From assembly GCA_963715825.1 (NCBI GenBank), contig CAVQSI010000017.1, positions 18,035-82,034 of the forward strand: a DNA stretch of 64,000 nt, in the 5' to 3' direction. The notes under the pieces were generated by a model. The model did no database searches. It was not told the origin of the DNA and saw only the letters and a program-made list of their open reading frames with translations. The translations under genes and the position numbers were made by a program. Below, one piece after another: positions 9,216-18,199 of the stretch. Origin of the DNA: Ilumatobacteraceae bacterium (GTDB lineage Bacteria > Actinomycetota > Acidimicrobiia > Acidimicrobiales > Ilumatobacteraceae). Within the stretch, counting starts at the first letter, position 1. The number at the start of each line of letters is the position of its first letter.

Positions 9216-11009
9216 GTGTCCGCCCGTGCCGTGTTCGTCGCCCTCGTGGTCGTGCTGTCGGCCGGCACGGTCGGCGTTCTCGGCGCAATGGACGCCAGCG
9301 CGAGCGCGGCGAGCCACCACGCCGCCGCGCCGCCCACCACCACCACCCCCACCACCATCGTCGAGGTCTCGCCGGCCGATGTGTCCGAGCCGACAACCGG
9401 GCCCGATCCCGCGGTGGACCCGACCGTGCCCGCCGATGGATCGGTCCCCGACACCACCGACACCACTGACACCACTGGCACCACGCTTCCGGGCGACGCC
9501 GACGAGCCACCCACCGACGTCGACCACGACGACGCTGACGACACGACGCAGGTCTCGATACGTGTCGAGCCGACGGTCCGGACGACCGACATTGCGCCGG
9601 CGTCGATCGTGCTGGCCCTCATCGTGCTCGCGGCGGTACTGCTGGCGTGGCGGATTCTCGCCAAGCGAAGCACACACACCTCGGCGGCGATCGAGCCCCG
9701 GACTGCAACACCAGCGGCGCCCGACCAGGCCTTCACCGCCGAGCCGGCCAAGCCGGTCGACACCGACACGCTCGGTTTCCTGCTCGAGCTCGGTGAGGCG
9801 CTCATCGATGCCGGTGATGCCGTCCACCACGTGACCCGGACGTTGGAGGTCGTCGCCCTCGTGAACGGCAAGGAGGGTCTCGGCTCGATCGTGCTGCCCA
9901 CGGCGTTGGTCCTGTCGGTCCCTGGCGCGAACACCGAGACAACCAAGGTGGCCACCGCCGGCACCTCCCGGCTGCGGCTCGACCAGATCGAGTCGTTGAT
10001 GGGCCTGGTGGAACGCGCCGAGCGCGGCGAGTTGTCCCCCGTCGACGGCCGTCAAGAACTCCGAGCGATCCGCTCGAGGCCGCATCCGTCGTCGGCGGCC
10101 GTGCAGCTCGTGGGTTCGGCCACGACGGCGGCAGGCCTCGCGCTCGTGCTGCGCGGCGGGGCGCCCGAAGTGCTGATCGCCGCAGCGCTCGGCGCTCTCG
10201 TCGGGGTCATGAACCTGCTCACAGGGTCGACGAGATACCTGTATCGGCCGTTCTGGCCGTTGCTGGCATCGTTCGTCGTGTCGGCAGCGACGTTCACGGC
10301 GCTACGGCTCGCCGACATCGTCGTGTTTCCCGCCCTGGTCGCGCCGCTGATCACGTTTCTTCCCGGAGCGCTGCTCACGATCGGGGTGCTGGAGCTGGCA
10401 ACCGGACAACTCATCGCCGGCTCGTCGCGCCTCGCATCTGGCGTGTTCCAGTTGGTGCTGCTCGCGCTCGGCATCGTTGCGGGCGCTCAGCTGGTCGGCG
10501 TCCCTGCATCTGCGGTCGGCAGCGCGCCCGACGGCCCGGTGGCCGTCGCCGGACCGTGGGCCGGCGTCGCCGTGTTCGGCATCGGCATCGTCTGGACACA
10601 CGGGCTGCGCACCGTGTCGATCGCCCCGATCCTCATCGTGCTGTACGTCGCCTACGCCGGCCAGGTGATCGGCGGCGTGTTCGTCGGCAGCGCGTTGTCG
10701 GCGTTCTTCGGGGCCCTCGCCATGACGCCGGTGGCCGTGCTCCTGGCCCGGCAGGGGTTCGGGCCGCCCACGCTGGTCACGTTCTTCCCGGGATTCTGGA
10801 TCCTCGTGCCGGGCGCGCTCGGGCTCGAGGGCGTCACCAGGATCCTCGGCGACGACAGCTTCGCTCCGACCGGGGCACTCACCACGACGGTGACCTCGAT
10901 GATCGGCATTGCGCTCGGGGTCCTGCTGGGCCTTGCCCTGTCGGCGCCCGATCCCGAACGACCGTGGGCGGGCAGCACCCGCCTCCGGCGATGGCCGCAT
11001 CGAGGGTGA
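9216..11009 (+). CDS. ThrE-family (threonine/serine exporter-like) membrane protein with acidic Thr/Pro/Asp-rich N-terminal extension
   Basis: The ThrE-type core starts at LGFLLELGEALIDAGDAVHHVTRTLE and is followed by about 10 TM helices. Start is placed at the in-frame GTG 9216, which gives a signal-anchor (VFVALVVVLSAGTVGVLGA). ATG 9288 is an alternative. Confidence 0.75.
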   Translation: MSARAVFVALVVVLSAGTVGVLGAMDASASAASHHAAAPPTTTTPTTIVEVSPADVSEPTTGPDPAVDPTVPADGSVPDTTDTTDTTGTTLPGDADEPPTDVDHDDADDTTQVSIRVEPTVRTTDIAPASIVLALIVLAAVLLAWRILAKRSTHTSAAIEPRTATPAAPDQAFTAEPAKPVDTDTLGFLLELGEALIDAGDAVHHVTRTLEVVALVNGKEGLGSIVLPTALVLSVPGANTETTKVATAGTSRLRLDQIESLMGLVERAERGELSPVDGRQELRAIRSRPHPSSAAVQLVGSATTAAGLALVLRGGAPEVLIAAALGALVGVMNLLTGSTRYLYRPFWPLLASFVVSAATFTALRLADIVVFPALVAPLITFLPGALLTIGVLELATGQLIAGSSRLASGVFQLVLLALGIVAGAQLVGVPASAVGSAPDGPVAVAGPWAGVAVFGIGIVWTHGLRTVSIAPILIVLYVAYAGQVIGGVFVGSALSAFFGALAMTPVAVLLARQGFGPPTLVTFFPGFWILVPGALGLEGVTRILGDDSFAPTGALTTTVTSMIGIALGVLLGLALSAPDPERPWAGSTRLRRWPHRG

Positions 11010-11040
11010 TGCGGCGATTCGGCGGAGACGTGGCCGCGCG

Positions 11041-12687
11041 TCAGGCGTCCATGAAGTCGACCAGGGCGGCGTCCGCGGCGGCGTCGAAGGGCTGCAGCAC
11101 CACGTCGATGCTGCCAGCCTCCTGTTCGGGCGCGAGTCGCTCCACATCGGTCGCCGTGTGCGCGGTGACAGCCAGCTTCGCTGTGGCACCCCATCGCCGA
11201 AGCGCGTTGGCGAGCACCTTGTTCGTGTCGACACGTGGGATGGTGCTGATGATCCAGCGGGCTCGATCGATCGGCAGGCTGCCGGGGAACTCGGGGTCGT
11301 CGGCGTCACCGAACCGCGTCGAAATCCGATCTGCGAGCGCCGGGTCGTCGGTCTCGACCCGGGTGTGTGGGTCCCAGTCGACGACGAGGACATGGTGACC
11401 GTTCGCGGCCAGGTGTTCGACCAGGCGGCGACCGAAGCGCCCGTAGCCGTAGACGATCACGTCGGTGCGTTCGATCTCCTCGGGCGGCACCGTCAGGAGG
11501 TCCCGCCGCTCGAAGATCGTCAGCAGTGGGCTCAGCCGCTCGAAGAGCTGGTGCGAGTACAGGATCATGTAGGTCGACATCGCGATCGTGATCATGCCGA
11601 CGAGGGTGACGAGGCCAACGATGTCGTTGTCGACGTGTCCGAGCTCGCGACCCAGCGTGATGAGGATGAGTGAGAACTCGCTGATCTGTGCGACGGCCAG
11701 TCCGGAGAGGAACGACACGCGTTTCGGATAGCGCATCACGCCCATGATGACGAGCACGATCAGGGGGTTGCCGACGAGCACGAACACCGACAACACGAGC
11801 GCCGCTGGAACCTGGGACCCGATGGCAGACAGGTCGAGTTGGGCACCGAGCTCGATGAAGAAGAACAACAGCAGGAAGTCGCGCAGTCCGGTCAACGACG
11901 CAGCGATCGACTCGCGGTACGGGGTGGAGGCAATCGCGAATCCGGCCAGGAACGCGCCGACCTCGACCGAGAAGCCGAGCCAGTCGCTGAACGCGGCCAC
12001 CGACACCGCCCAGGCGACGGCCGAGACGATCAACAGCTCCTGCGACGATGCGACCAGATGCAGTAGTCGGGGCAGGATCCAACGCATCACGACGGCCATG
12101 GCGGCGATGAGGGCGGCGCCCTGCACGATGACGAGCGCGATCTGCAGCTGGATCGATCCGTCTCGATCACCCCCGATGGTCGACAGGGCGATCATCACGA
12201 GCACCACCACGATGTCCTGCACGATCAGGAAGCCGAGGGCGATGCGGCCGTGCAGCTCGTCGAGCTCGCGTTTGTCCGACAGCAGCTTGACGATGATGAT
12301 CGTCGAGGAGAACGTGAGCGCGACCGCCACGTACAGCGCCGAGGTGGGCGACATGCCGAGGAGCAGCGCGAGGCCGAATCCGATGATCGACGTGAATGCC
12401 ACCTGCCCGAGCCCCGTGATCAACGCGACCTTGCCGGTGGTGCGCACGAGGTGCAGGTCGAGCTTCAGCCCGACGAGGAACAGCAGCACGGCGATGCCGA
12501 TCTCCGCGAACAGCTCGATCGGTTCGGTGTCGCTGACCCACTCGAGCCCCGAGGGGCCAACGAGGATCCCGACGGCGATGAACGCGACGATCAGCGGCTG
12601 GTGGGCTCGATTCGCGAGAAAACCAACGCCGGCCGCGACGGCGAGAATGGCAGCCGTCAGCGTGAAGGCGTCGGCGACGGCGATCAT
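11041..12687 (-). CDS. Kef-type cation:proton antiporter (CPA2) with C-terminal RCK/TrkA-N domain
   Basis: Starts MIAVADAF. Has about 12 TM segments with FIAVGILVGPSGL, then the Rossmann-like VIVYGYGRFGRRL. Its ATG overlaps the stop of the upstream regulatory subunit gene (ATGA at 12684-12687). Confidence 0.85.
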   Translation of the reverse strand: MIAVADAFTLTAAILAVAAGVGFLANRAHQPLIVAFIAVGILVGPSGLEWVSDTEPIELFAEIGIAVLLFLVGLKLDLHLVRTTGKVALITGLGQVAFTSIIGFGLALLLGMSPTSALYVAVALTFSSTIIIVKLLSDKRELDELHGRIALGFLIVQDIVVVLVMIALSTIGGDRDGSIQLQIALVIVQGAALIAAMAVVMRWILPRLLHLVASSQELLIVSAVAWAVSVAAFSDWLGFSVEVGAFLAGFAIASTPYRESIAASLTGLRDFLLLFFFIELGAQLDLSAIGSQVPAALVLSVFVLVGNPLIVLVIMGVMRYPKRVSFLSGLAVAQISEFSLILITLGRELGHVDNDIVGLVTLVGMITIAMSTYMILYSHQLFERLSPLLTIFERRDLLTVPPEEIERTDVIVYGYGRFGRRLVEHLAANGHHVLVVDWDPHTRVETDDPALADRISTRFGDADDPEFPGSLPIDRARWIISTIPRVDTNKVLANALRRWGATAKLAVTAHTATDVERLAPEQEAGSIDVVLQPFDAAADAALVDFMDA

Positions 12688-13193
12688 CCCGTCAATCTGT
12701 GGACGATGGCGCTCATCGAGCCGGGGCGTCCGACGATCACCAACCGGTCGCCGACTTCGCACGGTCGATCAGGGTCGGTCTCGAGCAGATCGTCGGTGTC
12801 GTCGCGGATGACGGCGATCACCCGGGCATCGACCGAGTCGACCACTTCCAGATCGTGGAGTCGCTGGCCGACCGCCGGCGAACCGGCCCGCAACGTCACG
12901 GTGCGAAGGTTGGCGGCATCGACAGGTTGGGCGTCGTCGGGTTCGCTGATCACGAATCGGATGCCCGACAGCAGGGCGGCCAGCGTGGTCGACTCCGCCG
13001 CGCTGAAGCGAACGCCGATGATCGGCTCGTCGGCACTCGGTGGCGTGACCTCCAGCGTGCGGTCGGTCGAATCCGCTCGAGTACTGAGCGTGACCATGCT
13101 GCCATCAGCGAGGGTCATGTTGAAGAGGCGAGCATTTCCCGGCAACGGGACCTCGCGGACGTGCACCTCATGGTCGTGGAACGCGCTACTCAT
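12684..13193 (-). CDS. antiporter regulatory subunit, KhtT/TrkA-C-like
   Basis: 169 aa starting at Met84 of the track ORF (MSSAFHDHEVHVREVPLPG). Has a C-terminal TrkA-C-like segment (LRAGSPAVGQRLHDLEV...ARVIAVIRDD). Translationally coupled to the antiporter gene. Confidence 0.7.
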   Translation of the reverse strand: MSSAFHDHEVHVREVPLPGNARLFNMTLADGSMVTLSTRADSTDRTLEVTPPSADEPIIGVRFSAAESTTLAALLSGIRFVISEPDDAQPVDAANLRTVTLRAGSPAVGQRLHDLEVVDSVDARVIAVIRDDTDDLLETDPDRPCEVGDRLVIVGRPGSMSAIVHRLTG

Positions 13194-13302
13194 GGCGTCC
13201 TTTCTTCGGTCCAACGCCGAGTCGGCGCTCGGCGTGCAGTGAATGCAGAATAGTGATGAGCTCGTCGGGAGATTCAGGGATTCCGGCGCCCGGCCGGCGC
13301 TG

Positions 13303-14139
13303 TCAGCGAGCGGGGTCGGGCACGATTGCACTGGGGCGTACGGAGTACCGCGCCACGTACCCGGCGACGCTGCCGAGCAGGAGACCCCGTACGGCGCCGA
13401 GCCCTCGGGTACCGACGACGAGCAGTGATGCGTCAACGGCATCTGCGACGTCCTCGAGTGCCGTCCGCGGGTCGCCCGGCTCGATGCGCATCTCGTGGGG
13501 CACCGATCGGTCCCGAATCGGGGCGCACCACTGTTCGAGCGCCTGGCGAGCTGCGTCCATCATGGCGTTGTTCGCTCCGAGGACAGGGGCGTGGACGGCG
13601 ACGATCGAGACGCCGGTCGCATCGGCGAGATCGATGGTCCACTCGAGGGCGCGAGCTGCGCCATCAGAACCATCGAGCCCGATGACGATCGGACCGTCGG
13701 CGAGGTTGCGATCGCCACGCAGCACCACGATCGGGCAGCGGCCGTATTCGACGCACTGCTGGGAGACCGAGCCGAGCAGCAGGCCGGCAAAGCCACCGAG
13801 GCCGCGGGCACCCAGAACGAGCATGTCTGCATCGGTGCGGTCGGCGATGTCGCGGAGCACCGTTGCGGCGGGGCCGCGCCCGACGTCGAGGATCACGCCG
13901 TCGGCGGCGGCTTCGAGTTCCTCGCGGATCAGGGCGGCGAGGTCCTGGCGGGTCTGTTGATCCATGTCGTCGGGCGCCAGCAGCTCCGCCGGCCCGACCG
14001 GGGTTGCCGCGCGTGCCGGATACTGCCAGGCGGCGACGGCCCGGAGTTGGCTCCCACGCGCCGATGCGGTGCGAGCAGCCCAGCGCACTGCGGTGCGAGA
14101 GCTGTCCGATCCGTCGACGCCGACGATGATCTCACCCAT
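13303..14139 (-). CDS. universal stress protein (tandem Usp domains)
   Basis: Two UspA-like halves, each with IVVGVDGS... and ...GSVS/AxxVxxxxxCPVVVL-type endings. AAGGAG lies upstream of ATG 14139. Confidence 0.85.
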   Translation of the reverse strand: MGEIIVGVDGSDSSRTAVRWAARTASARGSQLRAVAAWQYPARAATPVGPAELLAPDDMDQQTRQDLAALIREELEAAADGVILDVGRGPAATVLRDIADRTDADMLVLGARGLGGFAGLLLGSVSQQCVEYGRCPIVVLRGDRNLADGPIVIGLDGSDGAARALEWTIDLADATGVSIVAVHAPVLGANNAMMDAARQALEQWCAPIRDRSVPHEMRIEPGDPRTALEDVADAVDASLLVVGTRGLGAVRGLLLGSVAGYVARYSVRPSAIVPDPAR

Positions 14140-14169
14140 CTTGATCTCCTTGCTCGAGGTTGTTCGATG

Positions 14170-15012
14170 TCACTGGTCGTGGCGTGCCTGGCCGTGTGTG
14201 GGGCGCGTGACCAGCACTGGACACGGAGCGTGGCGCACGATGTCGGTGGCCACGCTGCCGAGGGCGACTCGACTCAGTCCGCTCCGTCCGTGTGTGGCGA
14301 TGGCGATCAGCGCGGCGGGGAGGCGCTCGGCGAACGAGGCGATCGAACGACTCGGATCCCCGTGGAGCACCTCGGTGTTCACTGGGGATGCCGGCGGGTC
14401 GAAGCGGGCCGCCAGCTCGGTCAGGCGCACCTTGGCCGCTTCGACCTCGCGGTTGGGATGCGGGCGATGCGCCGGCTCCGGGTCCTCGTCCGGCCCGACC
14501 GCCTCGGTGAACCAAGGTTCCAGGCCGAAGCGATGGCACCAGGTTGCCGCCGGCACGACGACGCTGTCCGAGAGCGCGGAACCATCCGAGCACACCAGCA
14601 ACCGGCCGCGTTCGGCGGGCAACAGCGTGGTCCGACAGTGCGGACCGACGAGGATGAGCGGTTGTGGCGTGCGCTGGACGACCTGCGTGGAGACGCTGCC
14701 GAGCACCGTGGCCCGAACGGCACCCTTTCCCCGAGTGGCCATGCACAGGACTCCGTCGGGCTCAGACTCCGCGATCGACATGATCGCGTCCGCCGTATCG
14801 GCGCCGTCGACGATGCGAGACTCGATGTCGACCACATCGATGTACTGCGCGACGAGATCGTCCAGTTCGTGCTGCGTGGTCCGGGCGTCGTCGGGGACGC
14901 AACTCACGAGGAGCACGCGCCCACGCTCCACACGGGCCGCCAAGGAACAGGCCGGCCGAATGGCGCGCGTGGCGAACACGGACCCATCGAGCGGTACGAC
15001 GAAGGTTGTCAT
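14170..15012 (-). CDS. universal stress protein (tandem Usp domains)
   Basis: Contains MTTFVVPLDGS... and ...GSVATDIVRHAPCPVLV. GGAGAG lies 6 nt upstream of the ATG at 15012 (Met18 of the track ORF). Confidence 0.85.
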   Translation of the reverse strand: MTTFVVPLDGSVFATRAIRPACSLAARVERGRVLLVSCVPDDARTTQHELDDLVAQYIDVVDIESRIVDGADTADAIMSIAESEPDGVLCMATRGKGAVRATVLGSVSTQVVQRTPQPLILVGPHCRTTLLPAERGRLLVCSDGSALSDSVVVPAATWCHRFGLEPWFTEAVGPDEDPEPAHRPHPNREVEAAKVRLTELAARFDPPASPVNTEVLHGDPSRSIASFAERLPAALIAIATHGRSGLSRVALGSVATDIVRHAPCPVLVTRPTHGQARHDQ

Positions 15013-15286
15013 GTTGTTCTCTCCACCCTTCTGCGTGTGGCCTGGCGGTCGTTGCGAATCCATCGAACCCGACGTTCCACTGGCGCGCGACCGCTGGCCG
15101 GCACGGGAGCGTCGAGGACTCCGACTGCGGTCGCCGCGGCGGACTGCCTGCTGACCTGCGTGGACTCCTCTGAGTCCAGTGTGATCCAGTCGACGCCGGG
15201 GATCCAGGGGAAAACGTCCCGTCGATGCTCCCGCACGAGCTCACCCGAACGGAGCGGGCCGTGCGACCGCGCAGGCGTTCGTCAGG

Positions 15287-16342
15287 TCAGCGATGGACCA
15301 GGACGCTCGAGGCAGCGATGGCCGATCCGCGGGCGCCGGCCATGTCCAGGTCGGTCACGAGCGCAAACGACGCGACCTCACGCTGCTCGTCGCGCAACAG
15401 TGTGTGCGCCTCGACCCGTTCGAGGAACCAGTCGCGGAACCACGGTTCGGCCTCGATCACGCCGCCGCCGAGCAGGTACAGGTCGGGGTCGGTGAAGTTG
15501 GCGGCGATCGTGAACAGACGGCCGATCGCCATTGCCTGCTGCTCGAAGATGTGGAGCGCCATCTCGTCACGCCGTTCGCCGAACCCCCTGACCTGCTTGG
15601 CAGCGTCGAGCGGCTCGACGCCCGCGAGCTCGTGGTCGGGGAATCGGGTCAGCCAATAGGGCAGGAGGTTGTTGCGGATACCGGTGAGCGACGCAACGCT
15701 CTCTGCGTCGCCCACGAAACCGCAGTTGCATCTCGGCGTCGGTTGTCCGTCCGCGAGGAGACCATCCATCGGGATGTGCACGTGCCCCAACTCGCCTGCC
15801 ATCCCGGCAGCGCCTTTGATGGTCCGGCCACCTTCGATCACCCCACCACCGAGGCCGGTGCCGACGATCACCGAGATCGACGACCGTTCTCCCCCGACCG
15901 CCCCGAAGTGTTCGTGGTGGGCGTAGAGCGCGGCCGCGTTGGCGTCGTTGTTGTAGACGACCGGCAGGCCGAGTTCGACCTCGAGTGCTGTACGGAAGTC
16001 GAAACCCTTCCAGTCGTCGTGCGCGAAGTTGGTGCCACCTCTCGACGAGATCACGCCACGCGCTGTCGCCGGCCCCGGCGTGTCGAAGCCCACCCCGAGC
16101 ACCTCGCGACGTTCGATGCCCGCCATCTCGATCGCGGCCTCGAAGGCGTCGCGGAGCGCGCTGATCGCGGCGGACGGCCCCTCGGTCACTCGACTCGGCA
16201 ACTCGACCAGACGATCGATCAGGAAGCGTCCGTCGCGATCCATGACCGTGAACTTGTTCGCCGTGCCGCCGTTGTCGAGGCCGACCACGTACGAACCCGA
16301 GCCGGTCACACTGGCACCGAAACGACGGCGTGGTGCATCCAC
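15287..16342 (-). CDS. ROK-family sugar kinase/regulator-like protein
   Basis: Contains VVGLDNGGTANK, the ROK Cys/His zinc motif region (GELGHVHIP...CNCGFVGDAES) and GGGV. The GTG start at 16342 is uncertain; GTG 16309 is also possible. Confidence 0.85.
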   Translation of the reverse strand: MDAPRRRFGASVTGSGSYVVGLDNGGTANKFTVMDRDGRFLIDRLVELPSRVTEGPSAAISALRDAFEAAIEMAGIERREVLGVGFDTPGPATARGVISSRGGTNFAHDDWKGFDFRTALEVELGLPVVYNNDANAAALYAHHEHFGAVGGERSSISVIVGTGLGGGVIEGGRTIKGAAGMAGELGHVHIPMDGLLADGQPTPRCNCGFVGDAESVASLTGIRNNLLPYWLTRFPDHELAGVEPLDAAKQVRGFGERRDEMALHIFEQQAMAIGRLFTIAANFTDPDLYLLGGGVIEAEPWFRDWFLERVEAHTLLRDEQREVASFALVTDLDMAGARGSAIAASSVLVHR

Positions 16343-16382
16343 GGTGAGGACGGAGTTGCCACAAGGATCACGAGACGCCGAT

Positions 16383-16422
16383 CTTACGACGGGTGCCGGA
16401 AGCTTCCAGCGAACTCGTGAAC
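16383..16422. repeat. copy C (inner ~40 nt) of the 65-nt tRNA-proximal repeat family
   Basis: cttacgacgggtgccggaagcttccagcgaactcgtgaac aligns with 21387..21426 at about 75% identity and shares cgaactcgtgaa. Its end (ctcgtgaac, 16414..16422) pairs with gttcacgag at 16448..16456. Confidence 0.7.
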
Positions 16423-16426
16423 ACTT

Positions 16427-16837
16427 TCACCCCTCAGAGGTGGAGTTGTTCACGAGAACGGCGAGAACCACCGTGCTGGGGTCGGAGGTGATCCGTTCCC
16501 ACGCCACCCGCGCGTTGGCCGCTGCAGTGGAGCAGATCTGTTCCCACCCCGTCACGGCGTCGTTGGTTGCGAAGCGGAAGTCCCGTCCGTCGTTCGACGC
16601 TCGTGGCGCAACCCGTTCCTTGGGTTTCGCCATCGGACTCTCCGGCACGGTCACAGCGTCGCCATCGGCGTCGATCGAGCGTCGGAGACGCCGAGCGAGC
16701 TTCGGGTCCGCGTGGATCTCAGCTGTCGCGTTCAACTCATCGACGAAAGCAACCCGGTCGCGATTCGGAAGCAACGTTGCGCAGGGGAACACGTCGGCGA
16801 CCGTCTGTTCCAATCCGGATGGACTGTGGATCATCAT
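16427..16837 (-). pseudogene. decayed toxin-antitoxin remnant: Phd/YefM-like C-terminal segment fused in frame to the first ~50 codons of a RelE/ParE-like gene
   Basis: Residues 69-120 (MAKPKERV...TGWEQICSTAAANARVAWERITSDP) are paralogous to 21390..21830 at both protein and nucleotide level. The approximately 220 nt that encode the toxin core in that copy are missing here, and the ORF runs into the hairpin repeat. The upstream part (ELNATAEIHADPKLARRLRRSIDADG) resembles antitoxin C-termini. That reading frame stays open upstream of the ATG with no start codon. Confidence 0.5.
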
Positions 16838-16966
16838 GTTGCGCAGCAGTCGGGCGAGTGCCTCGAACGCTTCGGACCGCTCGTCATCTCGATCGGCTTC
16901 GCTCAGTCAATCGGCACCACCACTCCTCCGGTAATTCGCAGGACTCCCCCGATCACGTCGACGGCG

Positions 16967-17929
16967 TTACTCGGTTGCAGCTCGATGAGCATCCCAGATA
17001 TCCGGCCGTAGGCGTCCTCGATCACTCACCTCCAGGCCCGCGGCGATCGCCCAGGCCCGCACCTCGGCCGTCGTCGGTTCGGCTGCCGGCACCGGGCCAC
17101 CGACTGGCAGCGCATCGACGCGGACTGAGCCGACTACATCGTTGGCTCGGTGCTCGATCGCAGCACCGAAGAACCGATACGTCCACTCCTGAGCAAGCCG
17201 GCGGGTTTCGGCGAACACGATCGGCACCGACGGGTACCGCACCGCCGCCTCCGCGATCTGCTCAGCCACCGAGGCCGGGCGAACGTGAGTGAGCTTGAAC
17301 AACGACGAATACCGATCATCGACAACCACAGCGGCATGAGAAACGTCGGCCATCGCAGCGAGCAACATCCAGAGCTTTCCGCCGACGATCGTCGACACGA
17401 GATCCTCGATGCTCTTGCGTTCGACGACTGCCACGACCTCACCGTCCGCTTCGACGGCGTAGTCCCCAACCGGCAGCGCCCGCTTCGAGGTCGTCGCCTG
17501 CTGGTCGGAGAACTTCCAGGCGTACCGCTCACGCGTGTCCACCGCGATGTCGAGACGTCGACCCGACGCGCGAGCCGTCGGCACCGCCACGTTCGGCCGA
17601 GCCTGCTTGCGGGTTCGCGCCGACTGCCAGAACACCACCTCGCGACCCCGAGCCTTCGTGAACACGAACTGCGATCTGTTCTCCCGCGCACGATCGAGCA
17701 CGAGATCGATGGCGACGCCGCGACGCACACAGGAGGTCACCGGCACCCGCTCCACGATCTCGAGTTCCTCGGCGTCTGGCCACTCGGTCGCCGGATGACA
17801 GAACACCTTGGCAGCTCGAGGCCACGTGTCCTTCACCTTCAGCACGACCGGCCCGGATCCCAGCGGCAAGCGAACCAGGAACGGCAGCGTCGACGCCGGG
17901 TCAGGGTTCCGGGCGATGACGAACTCCAC
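16967..17929 (-). CDS. ERCC4 (XPF/Mus81-type) nuclease domain protein with C-terminal Lsr2-like DNA-binding domain
   Basis: GDYAVEADGEVVAVVERKSIEDLVSTI matches the ERCC4 GDY...ERKxxxDL signature. The last 35 aa (AEVRAWAIAAGLEVSDRGRLRPDIWDAHRAATE) match the Lsr2 C-terminal motif (IREWA..G..VS.RGRI....DAY.AA). GTG start. Confidence 0.75.
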   Translation of the reverse strand: MEFVIARNPDPASTLPFLVRLPLGSGPVVLKVKDTWPRAAKVFCHPATEWPDAEELEIVERVPVTSCVRRGVAIDLVLDRARENRSQFVFTKARGREVVFWQSARTRKQARPNVAVPTARASGRRLDIAVDTRERYAWKFSDQQATTSKRALPVGDYAVEADGEVVAVVERKSIEDLVSTIVGGKLWMLLAAMADVSHAAVVVDDRYSSLFKLTHVRPASVAEQIAEAAVRYPSVPIVFAETRRLAQEWTYRFFGAAIEHRANDVVGSVRVDALPVGGPVPAAEPTTAEVRAWAIAAGLEVSDRGRLRPDIWDAHRAATE

Positions 17930-18199
17930 GACCCAACCGTAGATCGGCGAGCGACGGCGCCCGGGTTACGGCGCTCACATCATGAGTGGCATTGTGCGGG
18001 CCCGCGCGGTTCCAGCGCGCGATCATCGCTCGGGTGCGGACTGGCTTCGACCGATCGGACGTGCCGGTCCCGAGCGGATCGGACGGAACCCACGGGACCG
18101 GCGATATGGGCGGCCTCTGCGCAAGAGAACGCCGGTTGCCGAGTTGGGAGTGGTTCGGCTCCCGTCACGTCCACTTGTCGTACGGCTTGGCTTCGGCGA

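Noticed and set aside
13495-15495. 666-aa plus-strand ORF
   Set aside because: It is antisense to two universal stress protein genes that have clear motifs and ribosome-binding sites. Its composition is Arg-rich and low-complexity.
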